From an uncultured Methanosarcinales archaeon (GTDB taxonomy: Archaea; Nanobdellota; Nanobdellia; Woesearchaeales; GW2011-AR4), in the NCBI GenBank assembly GCA_964564925.1, contig CAZMBY010000001.1, positions 37,929 to 101,928 on the forward strand: 64,000 bases of DNA, in the 5' to 3' direction. This document shows positions 1-9,600 of the stretch, piece after piece; position 1 is the first letter of the stretch, and each line of letters begins with the position of its first letter. The notes beneath the pieces are model-generated. The model was not told where the DNA came from. It saw only the letters and a program-made list of their open reading frames with translations, and made no database searches. The translations under genes were made by a program, and so were the position numbers.

Positions 1-108
1 GTTTTATTCATCATTTAATATTTAATTCTACTTATATAATAAATATTAATAAATCAAATTTTTCCAAAGGATACTTATATAATATGTAATTTAACTTATA
101 AAATATAA

Positions 109-618
109 ATGCAAGAAAAAGAGGGGATTAAGCAGGCTGAAAAAAGAGTTTTGGATACATTAAACTATCTTAAAAAGCAGAAGTATACTCAAGAACAGAT
201 AAGTGAGATTGTTGGAAGAGTTCTAAGGATACAGCCAAAAGAAGAGGTCAAAGTGCCTATTTCTGTTTTCAAAAGTAACCATCTTGGCAGCTTGGAGACA
301 ATTGTAAAGTACCTTAGGGAAAACTTATTTCTTACCTTCAGGCAGATTGGCACCCTGACAAACAGAAATCAGGTGGCATTGGCTGTCACGTACAGAAATG
401 CAAAGAAAAAAGCGCACGCCAAATTTGCTGAAGAGGTGTCCCCTTATTCTATTCCTGTTTCGATTCTTCAGGACAGAAAGCTAAGCGTTCTCGAGAATAT
501 ATCTTCCTACTTAAAAGACACTTTTGGGCTTACTTATCATGCGGTTGCTGTGCTGCTGAACAGGGATGACAGAACAATCTGGACTGTTTACCAGAGGGCA
601 AAGAAAAAGAGAAAATGA
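109..618 (+). CDS. Tandem helix-turn-helix DNA-binding protein (two sigma70-region-4-like repeats)
   Basis: Two internal repeats (VPISVF..LETIVKYLRE..LTFRQIGTLTNRN..TYRNAKKK / IPVSIL..LENISSYLKD..LTYHAVAVLLNRDDRTIWTVYQRAKKK); ATGA overlap with the next gene. Confidence 0.75.
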   Translation: MQEKEGIKQAEKRVLDTLNYLKKQKYTQEQISEIVGRVLRIQPKEEVKVPISVFKSNHLGSLETIVKYLRENLFLTFRQIGTLTNRNQVALAVTYRNAKKKAHAKFAEEVSPYSIPVSILQDRKLSVLENISSYLKDTFGLTYHAVAVLLNRDDRTIWTVYQRAKKKRK

Positions 619-3600
619 ATAGAATACAAAATTTCGAAAAATACGGATATGTTTATGCAGCTGTGCTAGCTGTGATACTTCTTTCAGCAATAATACTCAT
701 TAACAAGCCCGCAACAACAGGATTTGCTGTTGCAAATGAATCTTCTGATGATAAGGCTAAAAGCAAGGATATTAACGAGAGTGTTGAGCCTGCTTCCAAG
801 AAAACAATTGAAATTCCAGCCATAAATGTGTCTGCAGTTGAAACTGGCAATAATGTAACAACAAATGAAACAAAAGATAAGTCAAAAGAGGAAAAACAGA
901 GTGAAAAAAAACCAGAAGACAAAACCATTGAAATAAAGCTTGATTACAAGAGCGGAACTCTGTATGACAGCGATGACGATGGTGTTGAAACAACAACGGG
1001 CATTGTGGACTTAAGCGTTGAAAACACAAAATTCGGCTGGGATGCAAAGGATGAGAACCTTTGCACGAGATGGGAAGTATACAGCATTGAAGATGCAGCT
1101 TCAACTATATTATGCTATGGAGGCGAAAAATGCTGCGAATTCGTCAATTTGCTGTCTTCGCGCCCAACTTGGAACGAGCCGTTTTATGCCAGCTACGGCT
1201 CTTATGGCGCAACCCTGCTCAACATTGTCAGTGCTCAAGTCTTATATGTCGACTACAGCCTGGATCCAAACGAGCCGTTTGCTGAGGTTTACAACAGCGA
1301 ATGGGAAAACTCAAGCGTACAGTTCTTTTCAGAGTACATCGACTTCAAGGACACTTGCATTGACACTTGCCTGCTAAGCGGCTTTAACGAAAGCTCATAT
1401 AAATTGATTTTTGAGATAAATAATTCTGTGCTGGTGCTTGACACATTGACTTATACAACAGTAGAAACCATAGACAAAGTCAGAGTCGATGTAGATGTTA
1501 AGGACAGCGAAGGAATTGCATCAGGCTCTTATAGTCTTTATAAGAATAATGATTTAGTCACAGGGGAATATGTAGAGCCTGATTATTACAATATTGAGAT
1601 TATCCCGAATGAAAAAATCATAGACAGATTAGTTGTCAGGCTCAATATATCAAAGCCATTGACAGCCAAAATAGGCCTTGATGATGTAACCAGGGATATT
1701 TCAATAGATTATGTTGACATAAAGAAGACCTTTGCTGCAAGCCTTGAGGATTTGCAGTTTGACGAGGCTGAGCTGGAAGCGACTGCAAGCGCAAATTCTT
1801 TGTATAGATGCAAGCAATGGGACTTTGAAAGGGAGCTGTGCTTTGGCTCATGGGAAAAAGTGATGGATTTGGCTGCTGGCCAGCAGTACAAGCTTTCATT
1901 GGCAAAGGAGGCTGCTGGATTTGTTGAGGGAAATGCAAACATAACAATATCAAATGCAACTGATTTAATTTTTGTTGCAAATATTCCCAACATAAGCATA
2001 GTCAAAAATGGCAATGCGACCATCAATTTGAGCCAATACTTCTCAAATATTGGCGATAAGACAACTTTCACTTATTATTTGCAAGACAACATGAGCATTC
2101 TGTTTGAAAATGACATTGCAACAATCATCCCCGGCAAGGATTTTGTTGGCAGAAGGATAACATTCATAATTGGAAACCAAAGCGACACAGTTGCTGTCTC
2201 AAACGTGTTCAGCATTAATCTTACAGAAGAAAATCCTGCCTTGAAGCGCGGTAAAAGAGGTCCTAACATATTCGAGGATGAAGATGTCCAATTTAGCCGA
2301 GATGGCATCATCTTTGAAACTCCACAAGGTGATTATTTAGAGACCAAGATTATTCCAGATTTGCCAACGCCTCATTCGCATGGTTATGAAATAAGCAGAA
2401 GAAAATTAGCGCAAAAATTTGCATTCAATGCCACAAATAACGGCATTGCCAATCAATTGAAAAATAAGGCTGTTAATGTAGCATATCAATTAAACTTTTT
2501 GCATGACATATCAGGAGAATATCTCTTTGACAAAATCAACCTTAAAGGCAACAGATTTTTCTTCAAGAAAGACTTCTACTGTAATGTGCAGACTGGCAGC
2601 AATCAGTATAATGTCAAAGGCAATATTTTAAATCAAAATTTGCTTGAAGGCGGAGAATCATTAGTCATAAATATTTCTTATTCATTGCCAGCAGACATTC
2701 AAAAAGATTCTGTGATTACATGCTACGACCCAGTCCAGCCCAACACAGATTATGTTGATGGCTCTGCAACTTTGATTGGGACTGGAAGCCCGGAAACAAC
2801 TCTTGCTTCTTTGGGTACTGACATTCCAGCAGGCACAAACGCTGTCTTAGTTTTTGCATACATGAATACAAGTAGTGCGTCAGACAGTGATACAACATTC
2901 ACACTGCGAAGAAATGGAAACCTGATATTAACAAGTGCTGGCGCATCCCAAATTGAGACTACCGCAGTAGCAGAGACAGAGCTATGGGCAGGAGTTTATC
3001 TCGATGAAAATGCTCCAGCCTCTCCATTATATGAATTGAATGCAACATCAACCCTTTCAAACGCAATAATAGGTGAGGCGAAGATCGCCGTGCTTAACGG
3101 AGTGACTGGATACTACAACAGGTCTTCCAGAACTCCTATCACAGTATCAACAACAGTTCCTACATCGCTTGCAATGGCAAAAACAAATTTACCTGCAGGA
3201 AACCATACAATAATTGCAATAGTCGAATATAATATGACAGGTGCGGCAGGAAGGAATATTGCTGCAAAGGGCCTTCAGTTGAGGAATGTTTCAGGGAACA
3301 CTTTCAGTGTGCTTGCACAGAATGAATATATCATAGAGTTATCCTCGTCTGGTGCTGCAGACAATTCCAGGGTTGCTGTGCTCACAGCCTATGATACAAA
3401 TGCTCCGGCAAATGCGCAATATAATCTGACCTCAGTGATAAGCGGCTCGTTAGTTGTGGGAACAGGCACAATACTGGTGCTGGATTCCAACAACATGTCG
3501 ATAGCATATTCCAACATTTCAAATAATTTAGGTATTACCGCAACTAATATAACAAGCTACACTACAGATTTTCCAGCTGACGGTGATTCAATCGTAATTG

Positions 3601-6600
3601 CAACGGCACAGGCAACATCTACTACATCAAACAAGTTTATACCGGCAGGCGGCCTGCAAATCAGGCAAAATAATGAATCGAGTGTGAACGGCACTTCAAG
3701 CGAATTTACTCTTATGGTTGATGTTGGCGTAGCTGGGAATTTTTTTGGACTTGTCAGAAAATATGGCAATATTTCAGCAAATCCTGATTACAGCCTGTTG
3801 AGCAACATATCAAGCACAGCACACGTAACCACAATGACAGGTAGATTGCTAGCCATAAGAGTGAAAAGCCCTACTGCCGATGTGACTTTCCCGATGGTCA
3901 ACACTTCTTTTAACATTTCAAGCCCGACAGCAGGCCAAGTGATAAACTTCACAGGCAATGCTACAGACGACATTGGATTGGTTGCAATGAACATAACCTA
4001 TAACCTATCGGGAATCATAACCTATCTTAATTTTTCATTGTCAGGCTTGCCAAAATTCCAGCAAGTGAGCAACGTTACCACACTTCCGGCAACAGCAGCA
4101 GTCCTTAATTTCACTTTGTATGCTACAGACATAGGGAATAATGTTAAGCAGAACAGCACTTTGATCAGTGTGACAACAGTAGACCAATTTCCATCATTAA
4201 AAATCAGCTTCAATCTTTCCTCCATACAGCAAGGGAATGTAATAAACTTTTCAGCCAATGCAACAGATGATGCTGGATTATTATTTATTAATTTGACAAA
4301 CAACCAGTCAGGGTCAGGGCAATTTATGAATTATTCAGTTTCTGGAATATCCTATAATGTTAGCAACACAACTTCTATAACTGCTGCCGCTGGAAATGTC
4401 ATCAACTTCACAGCTTATGCAACCGACTCAATAAACCAAGTCACTCAATTAAGCCAGTTGTTTACTGTTATTGAGAGCGCTGCACCTGTTGTCAACACTA
4501 CATTCAATATTTCATCTCCATTAATTAACAACGTGATTAACTTCACAGGAAACATAACAGATGAGAGTGGATTGCTGATGGCAAACATAACATGGAACAT
4601 AAGCGGGATAATCACTTATTCCAATTATACAATTAGTGGAACATCTGCACAAGTCAGCAATGCAACTCAATTAACATCATCTGGAGTATTCAATTTCACG
4701 ATGTTTGCTACAGACACAAGCAATAATGTCAAGCAGAATTCAACTTTGATAATAGTGCCATTTGGCACCTTCTACGTCAACATAAGCCTGCCATTAAATA
4801 ATTCGCAAGTTACAGTTAATACAACATTTTCCTTAATTGCCAATGTAACCTGTAAAAATGCAGATTGCGGCGTTGTTCAGGGGCTTGCAAGGTATAACGA
4901 TAGTGGAAGCAATATCAGCAACAAGAGCATTAGCACTGTAAAATTTGCAACTCCATTGTTTATTAATGGCTCTGGAAGCGGCATTAAGCAATACAATTTT
5001 GGCGGTGTCACCTATCCTGCAGCCATTACATCGAGTAATGCAACTTATGGGTATCATACTTCAACAAAACCACAATTTGTAAATTTAACATCAGAAACAG
5101 AATTTGGTGGTGGAGGGAACACTGCAAATAATTATACTAATATTTCAAGCTTGGATGAAGTTTATGCACTATCTACCGGAGGCTCTAGTAGATTTGTTGC
5201 ACATAAATTCATATTCAAAATTAATGAATCTGAAAGTGCGGTTTCAAAATTGACAATATTTTGGAATGGGACAGGAGGACGCTCAGGGGGCGATTTAGGC
5301 GGTCCTGATGTTAATATCAACTTATCAATTTGGGATAGCAATGCTTGGGAAGTTTTGGGAAATTGTACTAAACCTAATGTTAATCCTATTACAGATTCTG
5401 GTTGTGTGATTAACTCTACCATAATAACAAACATTGGAAATTATATCAATGAAACAGATAACAACGCAGTCTACATATTAGCTATATCATCATTCAGTGG
5501 ACAAGGTGGTCCTGGCGGTTATACCAGTGCTGTTAAAACCAACTACATAGAACTCAATGTTACTTCCACAGCACAAAACCCGCTCTCATGCGGCAATATG
5601 CTCCAAAACGACCAGTGCCAGTTGAACTGGACGATTAATGCTAGCGGTGATGTTGGCTCTCAATTAGTTGTTGATGTCAACTTCAGCTCTGACAATGCAA
5701 ATGTTGCTGCGAATGACACAGAGGATCATTTGATTATAATTGTCGGTGCAGCAGACACAACATTCCCAATAGTAAACACATCATTCAATATTTCATCTCC
5801 ATTAATTAACAATGTGATTAACTTTACTGGAAATATAACTGATGAGACTGGGTTGTTGATGGCAAACATAACATGGAACATAAGCGGGATAATCACTTAT
5901 TCAAACTACACAATCAGCGGAACTTCCGCTCAAGTAAGCAATGCAACTCAATTAACTTCATCCGGAGTATTCAATTTTACAATGTATGCTACTGATACTA
6001 ACAACAATGTAAAGCAGAATTCAACTTTGATAATAGTGCCGTTTGGTGGCTTACTTATCAACATAAGCCTGCCACTAAATAATTCGCAAGTAGTTGCTAA
6101 TACAACATTTTCCTTAATTGCTAATGTAACCTGCAAGAATGCAGATTGCGGCGTTGTTCAAGGAATTGCAAGGTACAACGATTCAGCAAGCAATGTTTCA
6201 AACAAGTCGATAAGCATAACATTTGGAGCAACTCCATTGTTTGTGAATGGCACAGGAGAGGTCATTAAACATTATGATTTTGGAGGAATCACTTATCCTT
6301 CTCCAGTTGCTTTAAGCAATGCAACATACGGCAATCATACTTCCACAAAGCCAGATTCCATAAATTTATCAGGGGAGTCTGAATTTGGAAGTGGTGGAAG
6401 CCTAAATATTAATTATTCAAATATCTCATCTCTTGATGATGTATTTGCTAAAACAAGGGACAACACTGCTAAGTTCGCAGCGCAAAAATTCACTTTCAAA
6501 ATCAATGAGTCCGAGGATGCAATATCCAGCTTAAAAATTCTTTGGAACGGTACAGGTGGTCGAGGAGCAGAAGGCGATTCACAAGGTGTGAATGTCAACG

Positions 6601-9600
6601 TTTCAATTTGGAATAGTAATGCTTGGGAGGCGATTGGAAACTGCACAAAACCGAGCGTAGACGCAAGTAGTGATACTGGCTGTGTCATAAATATATCCAT
6701 CACCTCAAATATTGCTAACTACATAAATGAAACGGACAATAATGCAGTTTATATATTGGCGTTATCAATGTTTCCTGGAAGCTTTGGAAGAGTGAGTGTG
6801 GTCAGGACCAACTATATAGAATTGAATGCAACAACTACAGCAGCAAATCCTCTTTCCTGCGGCAATATGCTCCAAAACGACCAGTGCCAGCTAAACTGGA
6901 CGATTAATGCAAGTGGGGATGTTGGCTCTCAGTTAGTTGTTGATGTCAACTTTAGCTCTGACAATGCAAATGTTGTTGCGAATGACACAGAAGATCATTT
7001 GATTACAATTGTAGGTGCAGCAGACACAACTCCACCAATCGTGAACACAACATTGAATGCAACAACAGGAGCAGATGGGTATCAATTCACTTCAAGGAAT
7101 ATAGATGTCTTGAACTTTACGGGAAATGTGACTGATGAGACAGCTTTGCTGTCTGCAAACTGGACAGTAAACTTCTCAAGCAACAAGCAGTTCATGAACT
7201 ACACTTTGTCTGGAACAAGTGCGCAGGCAAGCAACACAACGGATTTAAGGGGATTGGTTAATGGAAGTGTATTGAACTTTACATTATTTGCAACTGATAC
7301 TTCAAATAATGTAAAACAAAATTCTACTCTGCTGATCGTTACTGACGCTTTAGTGCCTGTTGTGAATACAACCTTAAATGCAACTCCAAGAATAAAAGAT
7401 GTCATAAACATAACAGCAAACATAACTGATGAAACAAGAATAATGACTGCTAACATAACAATCAACTTCACAACAGGGACTGTATACGTAAATTTCACTT
7501 CGACAAGCGCATCATCACAATTCAGCAACTCAAGCCAGATCCCAGACAACTGTGTTGGAGGCTGTGTGATAAACTACACAGTTTATGCCACAGACACGAG
7601 CAATAATGTTAAGCAAAACTCAACTGTTGTGACGGTTATAGACAATGTGTTCCCGATAGTAAATACTACATTCAATAAAACAAACCCTGCGGTTAATGAC
7701 ATAATCAACATCTCAGGAAACATAACGGATGAAACTGGCTTGCTTTCGGCGAACATCACATGGAACATATCAGGCATAATAACTTATTCAAACTATACTC
7801 TTTCCGGAACCTCGGCCCAATTATCCAATTCCACTGCCTTAGCCTGCACTGAGTCTTGTGTTATAAACTTTACAATGTATGCCACAGATGCATCTGCCAA
7901 TGTCAAGCAGAACAGCACATTGCTTATTATAAATGATTTAACTGCACCAGTTGCCAATACAACTTTTAACTCAACAATCCCAAGAAATATAGACATAATT
8001 AATTTCAGTGGCAATATAACTGACGGGATAGGATTGCTTTCTGCAAACTGGACAATAAATTATTCAAATAATAAGATTTACATGAACTATACTTTGTCGG
8101 GAACAACTGCGCAAGTGAGCAACACAACTGATTTAAGGGGATTGGTTAATGGAAGTGTATTAAACTTTACTTTATATGCAACAGACACTTCAAATAATGT
8201 CAAGCAGAATTCAACTCTGCTGATTGTTATTGATTCTTTAGCTCCTGTTGTAAATACGACATTCAATATTTCATCTCCATTCATTAACAACGTGATTAAC
8301 TTTACTGGAAACATAACAGATGAGAGTGGGTTGTTGATGGCAAACATAACTTGGAACATAAGCGGAATGATAACCTATTCTAATTACACTTTATCTGGGA
8401 CTAGCGCACAAGTAAGCAACGCGACAACTTTGCCTTCAACCCCTGCTGTAATTAACTTCACGATGTTTGCTACAGACACAAGCAATAATGTCAAGCAGAA
8501 CTCCACTTTGATTTCCGTAATTGATTTGATCCCAAGGATCAACGCTTCTTTGGATGATGCACTTCCATTCCAATTCTCAAGGGTAAACATGACTGCAAAT
8601 GTCAGCGATGAAACAGGATTGGCTTTCTGCCAGTTCATTGACAACCAAAGCCTCTCTAATGGGGCCAAGACTTACTTCAATACCTCTGTCACTGGAACAA
8701 GCGATCAATGCAGCCAAAACTATACGATAAGATTGGCTGCTGGAAGCGTGATTAACTTTACTGTTATTGTGAATGATACAAATAATAATATTAACGCTAG
8801 TGTTAATAGAAGTGATTCTGGTACTTTACATATTGGGCAGATTATAACTGTTAGATCTAATGCTATTAATAATTGTACCACACTTGATGCTCCAAATTCA
8901 GTTTTTAACTTAACGCAAGATGCAAATAGCGGGGAAACCTGCTTCTACATAGCTGCGAATAATGTAACTCTAGATTGCAAAGGTTTTGAGATTAATTATT
9001 CGCAAAGCGCTGTTGGGTATGGAATTAATATATCAAGCCAGAATTATTCTACTGTTAAAAGCTGCAATATTGTGCAGGCTGATTTATCTTCTGATACGGC
9101 AAATTCTTATGGGGTTTATGTATTTAAGAACTCGAGCAACAATACTTTCTACAATAATACAATAACAACTAGTGGGAGTAATGCTAATGGGGTGCATTTA
9201 ACTTCAACTGCTTATAATAATTCTGTTTATAGCAATACGATAGCAACTAGTGGTGCTGGGATTGGGGTGTATTTACTTTTAACTGCTTATGGCAATAATG
9301 TGCATAATAATAACATAACAATAACAACTAGTGATAGTAACGGGTTTGGGGTGTCTTTAAATTCAAATGCTTATAATAATTCTGTTTATGGCAATACGAT
9401 AATAACTAGCGGGAGTACTGGGTATGGGGTGTATTTACTATCAACTGCTTATAATAATTCTGTTTATAGCAATACGATAGCAACTAGTGGGGGTGTTGGG
9501 ATTGGGGTGTATTTAGACACAACTGCTTATGGTAATAATATTTATAGCAATAACATAACAACTACTGGGAGTAATGGGAATGGTGTGTGTTTAGACACAA

